This document shows positions 37,401-47,420 of a DNA stretch of 64,000 nt, in pieces. Both the position numbers and the translations under genes were made by a program. This DNA comes from Monocercomonoides exilis PA203 (lineage: Eukaryota > Protista > Preaxostyla), in assembly GCA_001643675.2 (NCBI GenBank), contig LSRY02000026.1, positions 806,001 through 870,000 of the forward strand. Reading direction: 5' to 3'. The notes beneath the pieces were generated by a model, which searched no databases, was not told the origin of the DNA, and saw only the letters and a list, made by a program, of their open reading frames with translations. Position 1 is the first letter of the stretch; each line of letters starts with the position of its first letter.

Positions 37401-40400
37401 GTGGGGAAAGGGAAGGATGGGGTGGGTGGATACGACTCGTGGTTCTGTGGGTTTGACTATTATCCGTGTGCCACCATCATCCATGCAGCACAGGTGAGAT
37501 ATGCAGACACAAACAAGAAGATCGAATTGGATTCAGGATATGTGCTTGCTGAGGCAGTTGGAATGACAGATGGCCATGAATGGGAGATATCATGTGCGAG
37601 AAAAGGGATGGAGGTTGGGGTGAAAGCACCAGAGGATTTTGAGTCATCTTGTCTGATTGATGTGCAAAGCAAAAGTTCAATGAGAAACATCAAGTTTGGT
37701 ATTCCATCTGCTCTATCTGGTGAAACATCATCATCTCTGATCACATCCAACTCCACACTCCTCACACTCACTGACTGTTCTGTTGTTTGTTCGTCTGAGA
37801 ATTCCATTGGATACAGTTTTGTGAATGTGATTGGGGGAAAAGTGAAAGTGGAGAGATTGGTGATCAGAGAGACATTGATATTTGGAGAACATTCGCTGAT
37901 TGAGTTTAGTGAAGGGGTGGAATCAGTTGTGTTTTGCGGATGTGAGGTGAACAACATTGAGAAGAGAAGTGGAAATGGAGGATGGGTGAGTGGAGTGGTT
38001 GGGGCAGAGAGAGATGAGGGGAAGAATGGGATAATTGTGATTGAGTCGTGTGTTGTGAAGGGGTGCAGGTGTGTTGGTGGAAGAGGAGGAGGGATGAGTG
38101 TTGTTGTGAAGGGGGAAGGGAGTGTTGTTGTGAATGGGAGTTGTGTGATTGATGGGTGTGAGGCGAAGGGTTCGGGGGAGAGTTCAGATGGGAGAAGTGA
38201 AGGGAGAGGGGGAGGGATGATGATTGTGATGGAGAGCAGGGATGGTTCAATGAAAATGGAATCTGGAAGAGAGGGTTTGTTTGTGTTTGGGGAGAATAAC
38301 AAAGCTTCATATGGGAAGGATATGTTTGTTGAATGTGGTGGAGGAGTGTTGTTGGAGTGGAAAGTGAATGGGAGCTCATTTTCATTTTTTGATTTTGGTG
38401 TGATTCCAACAGATGTGTTGAAGTTGTGTGGGAGTGAGGATGGGAGAGAAGGGGAAGTGATTCCGCTGTTTGTGTATTTGTGTTCAATGGGGACAAAGCT
38501 GAGAGTTGATGGGAGAGGAGAGAGGGCACTGGATCAGAGCCATTGTGGGTTTGAGGAGTTTGGGTGTTTGACGATTGACTATTGTGTTGGGAAGAGAGCG
38601 AACATCAACATTCATGAAATTGAAGTTATCTCAGAATCATGGATAAAGAATGAGATGAAAATAGCATCATTTGAGGTTCGTGTTTCAGGGAAAGAAGAAG
38701 GGATGAGTGTGCTTGTGAGGGATGAAGGATCGATAACCCAGAACAACCTCATTGAGTGCACAAAATCATTTGAGATGGGTAATTTGTCATTTGTGCTGAA
38801 TGAAGAAATGAATGGGAAGAGAAGTGGATTTATCCACTCCTCATCATCAACCATCACAATCACTAGCTGTTCAGTCACATTTGGAAATGATGAATTGATT
38901 GGATACAATGTGATTTGCATTGAGGGAGGATGGCTGGTTGTGGATGGATTTGTGATGGAAGGGGGAGTGAGAATGAGTGGGAAATCACCAATAGTGATCA
39001 CAAATGGAGTTGAATTGGAGATGAATCACAGCCGAATGAGTGGAGTGGGAGTGACAGATGGAATTGGAGGGGGATGTTTGAATGTGGAAATGGGTGTTAA
39101 TGGGATTGTGAATATTGAGGGATGCAATTTGTCATCAGTGTGTTCAGGGGGGAGTGGGATGAAAGGGGGAGGGATGAAGATATCAGTGGGGAAGGGAGGG
39201 AGGTTGGAAATGAAAAATGTGAAATATTCAGGGTGTGAAGTGCCAAGAGAGGATGTTGAGGATGGAGGAAGAGGAATGGGAGGAGGGATGTTTGTGAAGC
39301 TGGCAGATGAGATGGGAACATTTGTGATGGAAGGGATGGAATTTGAGGGGTGTGATGGGTGGAAAGGGAAGAATGTGTTTGTGTCAGGATGGGATCTGAG
39401 AGAGATTGTGAATGAGGAGCACCTGAAATGGGAGATAAAGGAAGAGGAGTTGGGATCATTGGATGAATTGTGTGGATGGGAGAGGAAGACAGCAGGAGAG
39501 GAGGGATATGTGATTGCACTGGTTGTGTATTTGTGGAGGAACTGGAGTGGGGATGGGTTTGTTTCTCGAGAGAAAGGAGGAGACTTCAGTGGGTGTGGGT
39601 ATTCCGAAGCACCATGTTCATCGATTGACCACTTGATATCACTTCGATATCCAACACTTGGAGAAGGGGAAACTCATATTGCCATTGTGGGGTCAGGGTT
39701 GCTGAGCCATTCAATATCATTTTCTTCTTCATTTTCATCTTCAATTTCTTCATCAATATCAGAGTCACAAAAAGTTGTGATTGAAGGGACAAAGAAAGGG
39801 ACAGGGGTGACGATCAGTGATGAAGATGAGAATGATTTGTCTGATGATGATTCAATGATATCCTCGAATGTGAGTCTGTCATTTGTGAATGTGTCATTCA
39901 CCAAGCCATCCATCACAACCCATCACGAAGTGTTGATTGAATCCTCTGGAGCAAACACATTATTGTCAGTTTCAGATTGTTCATTTGGCCCAGGGAGGGG
40001 GGTGGCAGAAAGTTTTGGATATTGTGTGATGAGAGTGAATGGAGGGAGTGTTGTGATTGAGAGGTGTTCGTTGAGTTTGATTTCAGAGTTGAAAGGGTTG
40101 ATTGCCTTCAGTCCAAGTGCAGGTGAGGTGACACTTCAGAATGTGAACATCTCATTTGCTGGAGTGATAGAAAGAAGCCTGATTTCGATGATGGAAAAAG
40201 ATAACCAGATGAATGGAGAAAAGAAGGTGTTTTCAAATGGGAACAGACCAGTTTTGAGGGTTGTTGGGTGTTCATTTGCGAACATCACGAATGAAGGGAT
40301 TGGAGTGAGTGTTGTTGATGTGGGATCATTTGAGGATGGGGTGGAGTGTGTGATGGATGAGTGTTCGATGTCGAGTTGCAAGAGTGGTTTGAGTGCTGAA

Positions 40401-43400
40401 GGAGGGGGGGTGAGAGTGGTGCTGAAGAGTGGGGAATCAGTGTTGAAAGTGAATGGGAGCTCATTTTCGATGTGCAAGTGCTCGAGTGAAACAGGGTGTG
40501 GAGGAGGGCTGTTTATTGATGGATCTGACCCAAATGCGAATTATGGAAATAAAAGTCAGATTCCACCTCTGAATTTCAAGATTGTGAACATTCTGTTTGT
40601 GATGAATGAGGCACATGTGGGGAAAGACGTGTTTGTCAGATGCCACTCGATTGCTCACCAGATCAACGAAACACTGTTTGCACTGAACTACAACCAGGAG
40701 TCACTGAACTCGAACAACTCGATCTGTGGGAGGGATGGTTGGAGCGAGGGAGATGTTGATCTGATTCCGCTGATCACATTCTATTATTCGGCACAGGTGT
40801 TTGTGAGTGGGAGAGGGAGTGATGGGAGGGGGTGTGGGGCACAGAGCAACCCATGTGTGAGCATCGACTGTGGGGTTGAGCACATCGAGGAAGGGGTGAT
40901 GAATGGGATTCTGATTGATGGGGAAGGGTTTGTGAGGAAGGAGTGTGTGATTGGAGATCTGGTTGTGAATTCATTGAAAAAGACACAGGGGATTGTTTGG
41001 TTGAACGGCAAGATTGAGAAATCGGGTGAGAAGGATTGTGTGATGGAGTTTGTGAATGAATGTTCAGTGGAGAGGTGCTCATTCCAGTTTGAAAATGGAT
41101 TTGAGGCTTTTCACAATTGTCTCATGAAAGTGAAGAATGGATCACTGGAGATACAGAAATGTGAATTCTTCTATTTCCCAACAACAACAGTTGAGGAAAT
41201 GAAGTTGAACAGTTCAGTTGTGAGTGTGGAGAGTGGAGAGCTGAAGATATTTGATTCAACATTCAGAGATATTCATTCAACAATATCAGTTCTTTCATTT
41301 TGTGAAGAATCAGAAGTGACAATTGATGAAACAAGAATGTCGAACATCAAATGTGAGGGAGATGTTGTGAGTGTTGGAGGGAAAGCGAAGGTGGAGATGA
41401 AAGAGATGGGAGTTGAGAATGTGACATTGCTGTTGGAGGGATGTGTGATTGGGATGGAAGATGCTGAGCAAGAGGTGAGTGTGCTGAACAGCTCATTCGG
41501 AAAGTGTGTGAATTCTGTGGATAAGGGAAGCATGATGCAGATTAGAAATTCCAAGGATGTGAGGGTTGAGATATGTGTGTTTGATGGAGAAAGAGAAGAT
41601 GAAATAGTCAATAAAGATAACAATAGAAAAGAGGGATTATGCAAATGGAATGGGTCATTGGTTGATGTTGAGAAGAGCAAGGTGGAGATGAGGGAAACAA
41701 CGATTATGAAGAGCAAGGGAGGAGGGTTGTGGGTGAGTGGAGGGAGTGTGAGAATTGAGAAAGGAGAATTTGAGAACAACAACCCATCGATCGAGGGATA
41801 TCCATCAGCTCGAAGGAATGTGATTTGTGAAGGGGATGGGGAGTTGGATGTTGTGAGTGTGAAAGGGGGAGATGGAATGTTGCCAAACACATCGTTGTGG
41901 ATATTGGATGAGGGATGCGAATTGGGAGGGATAGCAACTGAAAGAGGATCATCATTTTTCATCCCTGTTTTGGAAGAAGTGAAGAATATTTCTCAGCCAA
42001 ATGGAAATGTGGAGTTGATGATTGTGGGAAAGCTGCTTCTGCCATGTGATCTGTCAGTGAAGATGAGCATGGGAAATGGGGATGAAGAGGAGATTGTGAG
42101 AAAGGAAATTGAAGAAGAAGGGTTTGTGTCAGAGAATGAGATTCACACATTTATTTCATGTTCGGAATGGGAGAAGGAGAGAGAAGAGACAGAAGTGAGT
42201 GTGTGGATTGTGTTTGGGAAAGGAGATTCACCTTCATCAACAGAGCCATATATCCTGAAGAATAGGAGTGAAAGTGCTGGAAAAGGAGATGAAAGGATTG
42301 TTGAAGGAGGGAAAGAAGGGAAATCATCATGGGCTGTTTTTTGTTTGATATTTATTGTTTTGTTTTTGATCGTTCTTATTGTATCTGTGATATTCATTGT
42401 TCGATGGAGAAAAGCAAAGAAAGAAAACAAAGATCTGAGAGAGATAGTGAATGATAATATCAAAAAGGATCCGAAGGCGTTTGAGATGGTGACGATGGAG
42501 ATGTCACCTGAAGAGCAGTGGAGGAGAGCTGAGAGAGAGGCTGAGAAGAAGAATGAAGAGAGGATAAAGAAGAGAGTTTATGAGAAAAGCTTGGGACACT
42601 CGGAGTCATCTGAGCATCTTCTGTCTGAGAGTGGATCGACTGAATATATTCTGGGAAGGGATTCAGACAAGATTCCTCAATGGATGCTGGAGAAGGTTGA
42701 AGAAGAAGAAATTAGAAAGAGAACTCCTTCGCCATCCATCTCATCCACTTCAACAACAGACACTTCAGACACAGATACCACTTTTGTTCGATCAGAGAGC
42801 ATGTGCCCTACCACCTCTTCTATGTCGAATCTGGTGGATGCAATTGCTTGTTCATCGCCTCATGAGAAGCTGATTGTGGATCTGAGGGATTCATTGTTCA
42901 TGCTGCTTCATGGAAGGAACAAGACAAAGGAGATGGCGATTGGCTCGTTGAAAGAAAGAGAACAAACAGCTGCCCAGATCTTGTTCTGGGTGGCCAATCT
43001 GGCACTCCACTCTTTTGATGAAATGGAAAATGGATTGTCTTCTCTTTCCACTCTGAGTCCTCACATTGTGTTGTTTTCAGAACACATGGTGATCTGCATT
43101 GTTTTGCACTCTGACTTCTCACCTGATGATAGTTCAGACTCATCATCCATCTCATCATCGACTATTGTGACATCTGCCAGTGACAATGACGATGATGATA
43201 GTGACTCTCTTCCTTCTTCTGCCTTTGAGGATGATGAATACAACAGAAAGGAGTGTTTGAGGTGGAAGGCGCCAGAGCTGCTGGTCAACAAGAAGATGGG
43301 AGCAACAAAAGAATCAGTTGTGTTTTCGATAGGGATGATGTTGTGGGAGTGTCTGACACTGGAGATCCCGTTTGGGGAGTATGAAGGAGAGGTGGCAGGG

Positions 43401-43652
43401 CAGAAGATTGTGAATGGGGAGAGGCCGAATTTGTGTGTTGTGAAAAGCTTCACGATGAAAGGGATTATTGGGAAATGTGTTGAAGAAAGGGCAGAAGAGC
43501 GGATGGGGCTGGGGGATGTGAAGAGGGGGCTGACACAGTGTCTGCCAGCAGGGTCGCTGATCTTCACGATGACAGATGCGATGGACTATGTTGGAGAGTC
43601 ATGTGCTGTGGAGGGGAGCGAGTGTTTGGTGTCGAACACAGGAGCAGAATGA
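34455..43652 (+). CDS. Giant receptor-like protein, paralog 2 (3065 aa), intact
   Basis: Uninterrupted ORF with the same architecture as 793-10065. TM is WAVFCLIFIVLFLIVLIVSVIFIV followed by RWRK. Kinase-like tail LRWKAPE...VFSIGMMLWE...GERP. Confidence 0.9.
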   Translation: MLSGTCCFVCITCVQCLCKGAANNEANLVEESINDRKSDYLGNSLFDGLPNEKNGDKNMIEMFVEGNEDGMEKDEKREKSKKNNLKMEDERNNQIWKENSVKIVNNEHFFGKREMMKIERKYEESEVEGCFVLINSSMKLKSLGLIQHDERNVVEVEDGSFFELDDCGMFILSGMSPFCLTGGCGVFQNISLSSSSTGFLKTFPSLFSSKSPKGESSEKYSVSVCSSHFSSFCVSSAPFLSSHFIPLVSLSHLTFFNISTANDSCTYPTVSFSQTSCLMNSCSFTSVCDVYDGGIVPSLNNPLASLTASNTSFVGCCRTRNVACEGTEAKKLTPVRQIIADYGANTFTWCWWNGSKTIGTSNSVSDGISSGGAIFMFNLENGELSVSHCSFNDCMAYYGGGGIMSRSIKSVESINNSFNFCTAQTYVGGGMFIFSISSCTLISKCELRNCKANSYGGGLYMESFQDSGADCVRIENEMEEGECMFDCSFSSCFVTGTSGGGMRCVIVPNAFKMRNIQFISCSALSEGGGLNLRPEKTEKPVDEFYCFFMFFHECRCRNLSFPYGHDIEFIDYFNIFMNFGIPFYECFTTNTDIQRVCYAYNYADSSDWMFDQTSKKDWLKDKTIYVSVNGSDATELCGANETFPCLTVKKGFEMCEVQISLTITLLEGDHQSETTTIEIGTKKISVIGKGRMESSIEMKSLSSTGSLFSVSTGHLGLLHMKVDCNSNTNPSPNVAVVSDGSGSLSLEDVVITRSNVGEYVISSSVFAVPLSQLSMVDVEIKDMNISQSLFSEPVLSSSSSSSSALFLTSTVSGGSTLVNLTVKNVKLIEGDGVVVAKSVAEGETFVVQNVTIEDCGCENGSGGGIKVEMETDASKLQVERTTTFKRCRSGKYGGGMMLHLADNSIDFSIASVDFSGCSASLGGNYVFVNGSDSVSWGITREKLNVQHDSSKYNEIVGYDRSDTTMGLFPLNVYLDRYPDAAHVGKGKDGVGGYDSWFCGFDYYPCATIIHAAQVRYADTNKKIELDSGYVLAEAVGMTDGHEWEISCARKGMEVGVKAPEDFESSCLIDVQSKSSMRNIKFGIPSALSGETSSSLITSNSTLLTLTDCSVVCSSENSIGYSFVNVIGGKVKVERLVIRETLIFGEHSLIEFSEGVESVVFCGCEVNNIEKRSGNGGWVSGVVGAERDEGKNGIIVIESCVVKGCRCVGGRGGGMSVVVKGEGSVVVNGSCVIDGCEAKGSGESSDGRSEGRGGGMMIVMESRDGSMKMESGREGLFVFGENNKASYGKDMFVECGGGVLLEWKVNGSSFSFFDFGVIPTDVLKLCGSEDGREGEVIPLFVYLCSMGTKLRVDGRGERALDQSHCGFEEFGCLTIDYCVGKRANINIHEIEVISESWIKNEMKIASFEVRVSGKEEGMSVLVRDEGSITQNNLIECTKSFEMGNLSFVLNEEMNGKRSGFIHSSSSTITITSCSVTFGNDELIGYNVICIEGGWLVVDGFVMEGGVRMSGKSPIVITNGVELEMNHSRMSGVGVTDGIGGGCLNVEMGVNGIVNIEGCNLSSVCSGGSGMKGGGMKISVGKGGRLEMKNVKYSGCEVPREDVEDGGRGMGGGMFVKLADEMGTFVMEGMEFEGCDGWKGKNVFVSGWDLREIVNEEHLKWEIKEEELGSLDELCGWERKTAGEEGYVIALVVYLWRNWSGDGFVSREKGGDFSGCGYSEAPCSSIDHLISLRYPTLGEGETHIAIVGSGLLSHSISFSSSFSSSISSSISESQKVVIEGTKKGTGVTISDEDENDLSDDDSMISSNVSLSFVNVSFTKPSITTHHEVLIESSGANTLLSVSDCSFGPGRGVAESFGYCVMRVNGGSVVIERCSLSLISELKGLIAFSPSAGEVTLQNVNISFAGVIERSLISMMEKDNQMNGEKKVFSNGNRPVLRVVGCSFANITNEGIGVSVVDVGSFEDGVECVMDECSMSSCKSGLSAEGGGVRVVLKSGESVLKVNGSSFSMCKCSSETGCGGGLFIDGSDPNANYGNKSQIPPLNFKIVNILFVMNEAHVGKDVFVRCHSIAHQINETLFALNYNQESLNSNNSICGRDGWSEGDVDLIPLITFYYSAQVFVSGRGSDGRGCGAQSNPCVSIDCGVEHIEEGVMNGILIDGEGFVRKECVIGDLVVNSLKKTQGIVWLNGKIEKSGEKDCVMEFVNECSVERCSFQFENGFEAFHNCLMKVKNGSLEIQKCEFFYFPTTTVEEMKLNSSVVSVESGELKIFDSTFRDIHSTISVLSFCEESEVTIDETRMSNIKCEGDVVSVGGKAKVEMKEMGVENVTLLLEGCVIGMEDAEQEVSVLNSSFGKCVNSVDKGSMMQIRNSKDVRVEICVFDGEREDEIVNKDNNRKEGLCKWNGSLVDVEKSKVEMRETTIMKSKGGGLWVSGGSVRIEKGEFENNNPSIEGYPSARRNVICEGDGELDVVSVKGGDGMLPNTSLWILDEGCELGGIATERGSSFFIPVLEEVKNISQPNGNVELMIVGKLLLPCDLSVKMSMGNGDEEEIVRKEIEEEGFVSENEIHTFISCSEWEKEREETEVSVWIVFGKGDSPSSTEPYILKNRSESAGKGDERIVEGGKEGKSSWAVFCLIFIVLFLIVLIVSVIFIVRWRKAKKENKDLREIVNDNIKKDPKAFEMVTMEMSPEEQWRRAEREAEKKNEERIKKRVYEKSLGHSESSEHLLSESGSTEYILGRDSDKIPQWMLEKVEEEEIRKRTPSPSISSTSTTDTSDTDTTFVRSESMCPTTSSMSNLVDAIACSSPHEKLIVDLRDSLFMLLHGRNKTKEMAIGSLKEREQTAAQILFWVANLALHSFDEMENGLSSLSTLSPHIVLFSEHMVICIVLHSDFSPDDSSDSSSISSSTIVTSASDNDDDDSDSLPSSAFEDDEYNRKECLRWKAPELLVNKKMGATKESVVFSIGMMLWECLTLEIPFGEYEGEVAGQKIVNGERPNLCVVKSFTMKGIIGKCVEERAEERMGLGDVKRGLTQCLPAGSLIFTMTDAMDYVGESCAVEGSECLVSNTGAE

Positions 43653-43840
43653 AATATGGGGGAGAGAGGAGGATGAGGATGTTGATTGAGATGAAATGGA
43701 TGAAATGGGTGGATGAGTCTTGGAGCAAGGGGCTAATGTGTGTGTACATGGGGATGGGGATGGGGAAGAGGGAGCGAGTGCAAAGTGGAGTGTGACGTTG
43801 CTGTCGCAGTGTGTTGAACTTTGCAAGAGAGAGCCGAACA

Positions 43841-43882
43841 GAAAGTGAGGGGTATGAAAGTGAGGGGTATGAAAGTGATGGG
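43841..43882 (+). repeat. 15-bp tandem repeat GAAAGTGAGGGGTAT x~2.8 in the receptor 3' region (mirrored at ~47191-47232)
   Basis: Directly visible. Confidence 0.85.
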
Positions 43883-44875
43883 CAGGAAAAAGTTCAGTAT
43901 CTGGAAATGTGCTTTATTCTGCAAGTGGAGAGAATTGGATGATCATTTCATTGATTGGTTGATTGTGTGAATGTTTTTCTTGTTTTTATGTTTCATGCTT
44001 TTATTTTTTGAGAATTTTGTTTTTTGCATTTCTATGTTTTGTTAGAGAGAAATACTCAGAATTGAATGGAGATCAATCTCTCTTGTGAAATGAAAAACAC
44101 TGAATGGAGCCAATGCTTGTCTTGAGATTGGAAGGCTTAATCAAATTGAATCTGTTTGAATGTCTTCTTTTTCTTTTCTTCTCTTCTCTTCTCAGGAAGC
44201 AGAGCTGATGGGCACAAACACCGGAATGGACAGATAATACCACAACAATAAAAACGATTCAGTAATCATGTCTATTGATAATTGAATGTGATGAACTTTG
44301 TTTTCAAAAGTGATATATATGAATAGCTATATAAATTTAATGAATGTGTTATTTTCTTTTTTTTTTTTTGAAGAAGAAGAAGGTTTGTTGATTTGATGCT
44401 ATCAAATGTGTGAGATCAAAAGATAAATGGGGGATTACAGATTGAGAAAGAAATTGAATTTCAGTGTGAAGTGATTGAGGGGAGTCACTGAAATATCAAA
44501 TGTTTCAGACAGTATTGTTCATGCATGAAAACAACAAATTCATAAAAGATTATTTAAATTGAAAATAGCACTCACATATTCTTAATCAAATGCGATATGA
44601 AAACCTGGTTAATTTTTTAAGCTCTGAAAAATTACTTTTTTTGAGTTAAACTAACAAAATTCGAAATTCAAGGCAAATCACACAAACTATTGTATATTTT
44701 TAAAAACGTCTTCTGAATGATTATTAAAATTTTTCTCTCGTTCCGACTTTTTCGAAATCAAATATGGTGAGTTATTTATCTTATCCACTTTTTTTATCGG
44801 TACCTAAAATTTCTGGCTCTCCAGAGCACTTTCAGAAAAAAATAAATAATAGAAAATTAAAAATATTAATAATTA

Positions 44876-45488
44876 GGGTAATTGCACAATATACGACCGT
44901 TAATAAAAATTTGTGAGGATGATTATAACATTATTATTAACTGTTTCGTAAAGTTATGATGTCTATCTTTTTTGTGGGAACTTTTGTTTTAAAATGAATC
45001 AAATTATTTTTTCCCTCAAAATTGGTATTGATCAAAAATTTTTTAACATCAATTATATTCAACAATAAACAAAATAAACAGATTAATATTTTCAATTCGA
45101 CCAGAACGCACTCAAATATGCTTTGAACATATTCAATTTAACAAAACCCCAATTTTAATAGAACATTTTTTGATCAATGTTAAATAATTTTTATAGTTAA
45201 TAAAATAAAGCAATTTATGCAACAGAATTTAACCCTTACAAGTTGATTTTGGATAAAACCCTAACATTAAAACTGTGATAAAATAAGCAAACAAATAAAA
45301 ACACTAAAAAAACTCAGTTATTTCATTTGAAATTGAAAAGGATTTAGAATTTTCTAGAAAATTTAAAATAAAATATTTCACAGTTTCCGCACACAATCAT
45401 CAGAAAAAAACTTATGTGCACAATATGTTGTTATCATAGCTGTGGAATATGACAATTTTGTGACCGGTCGTATCTTGTGCATTAACCA
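44876..45488. mobile_element. 613-bp TA-flanked MITE-like element forming the inner end of the left palindrome arm
   Basis: TA|GGGTAATTGCACAATATACGACCG ... CGGTCGTATCTTGTGCATTAACCA|TA. TIRs match 20/24. Non-coding interior. Confidence 0.75.
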
Positions 45489-45585
45489 TACGAGCAAGTT
45501 TTTAATCTTAAAAATAAAACAAAGAACGCCAGATCTATTCACAAAAATTAAAATATGAAAAAATATTTTCAGGAATTGCTAATTA

Positions 45586-46198
45586 TGGTTAATGCACAAG
45601 ATACGACCGGTCACAAAATTGTCATATTCCACAGCTATGATAACAACATATTGTGCACATAAGTTTTTTTCTGATGATTGTGTGCGGAAACTGTGAAATA
45701 TTTTATTTTAAATTTTCTAGAAAATTCTAAATCCTTTTCAATTTCAAATGAAATAACTGAGTTTTTTTAGTGTTTTTATTTGTTTGCTTATTTTATCACA
45801 GTTTTAATGTTAGGGTTTTATCCAAAATCAACTTGTAAGGGTTAAATTCTGTTGCATAAATTGCTTTATTTTATTAACTATAAAAATTATTTAACATTGA
45901 TCAAAAAATGTTCTATTAAAATTGGGGTTTTGTTAAATTGAATATGTTCAAAGCATATTTGAGTGCGTTCTGGTCGAATTGAAAATATTAATCTGTTTAT
46001 TTTGTTTATTGTTGAATATAATTGATGTTAAAAAATTTTTGATCAATACCAATTTTGAGGGAAAAAATAATTTGATTCATTTTAAAACAAAAGTTCCCAC
46101 AAAAAAGATAGACATCATAACTTTACGAAACAGTTAATAATAATGTTATAATCATCCTCACAAATTTTTATTAACGGTCGTATATTGTGCAATTACCC
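45586..46198. mobile_element. Inverted copy of the 613-bp MITE-like element (inner end of the right arm)
   Basis: Reverse complement of 44876-45488. Confidence 0.75.
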
Positions 46199-47420
46199 TA
46201 ATTATTAATATTTTTAATTTTCTATTATTTATTTTTTTCTGAAAGTGCTCTGGAGAGCCAGAAATTTTAGGTACCGATAAAAAAAGTGGATAAGATAAAT
46301 AACTCACCATATTTGATTTCGAAAAAGTCGGAACGAGAGAAAAATTTTAATAATCATTCAGAAGACGTTTTTAAAAATATACAATAGTTTGTGTGATTTG
46401 CCTTGAATTTCGAATTTTGTTAGTTTAACTCAAAAAAAGTAATTTTTCAGAGCTTAAAAAAATTAACCAGGTTTTCATATCGCATTTGATTAAGAATATG
46501 TGAGTGCTATTTTCAATTTAAATAATCTTTTATGAATTTGTTGTTTTCATGCATGAACAATACTGTCTGAAACATTTGATATTTCAGTGACTCCCCTCAA
46601 TCACTTCACACTGAAATTCAATTTCTTTCTCAATCTGTAATCCCCCATTTATCTTTTGATCTCACACATTTGATAGCATCAAATCAACAAACCTTCTTCT
46701 TCTTCAAAAAAAAAAAGAAAATAACACATTCATTAAATTTATATAGCTATTCATATATATCACTTTTGAAAACAAAGTTCATCACATTCAATTATCAATA
46801 GACATGATTACTGAATCGTTTTTATTGTTGTGGTATTATCTGTCCATTCCGGTGTTTGTGCCCATCAGCTCTGCTTCCTGAGAAGAGAAGAGAAGAAAAG
46901 AAAAAAGAAGACATTCAAACAGATTCAATTTGATTAAGCCTTCCAATCTCAAGACAAGCATTGGCTCCATTCAGTGTTTTTCATTTCACAAGAGAGATTG
47001 ATCTCCATTCAATTCTGAGTATTTCTCTCTAACAAAACATAGAAATGCAAAAACAAAATTCTCAAAAAATAAAAGCATGAAACATAAAAACAAGAAAAAC
47101 ATTCACACAATCAACCAATCAATGAAATGATCATCCAATTCTCTCCACTTGCAGAATAAAGCACATTTCCAGATACTGAACTTTTTCCTGCCCATCACTT
47201 TCATACCCCTCACTTTCATACCCCTCACTTTCTGTTCGGCTCTCTCTTGCAAAGTTCAACACACTGCGACAGCAACGTCACACTCCACTTTGCACTCGCT
47301 CCCTCTTCCCCATCCCCATCCCCATGTACACACACATTAGCCCCTTGCTCCAAGACTCATCCACCCATTTCATCCATTTCATCTCAATCAACATCCTCAT
47401 CCTCCTCTCTCCCCCATATT

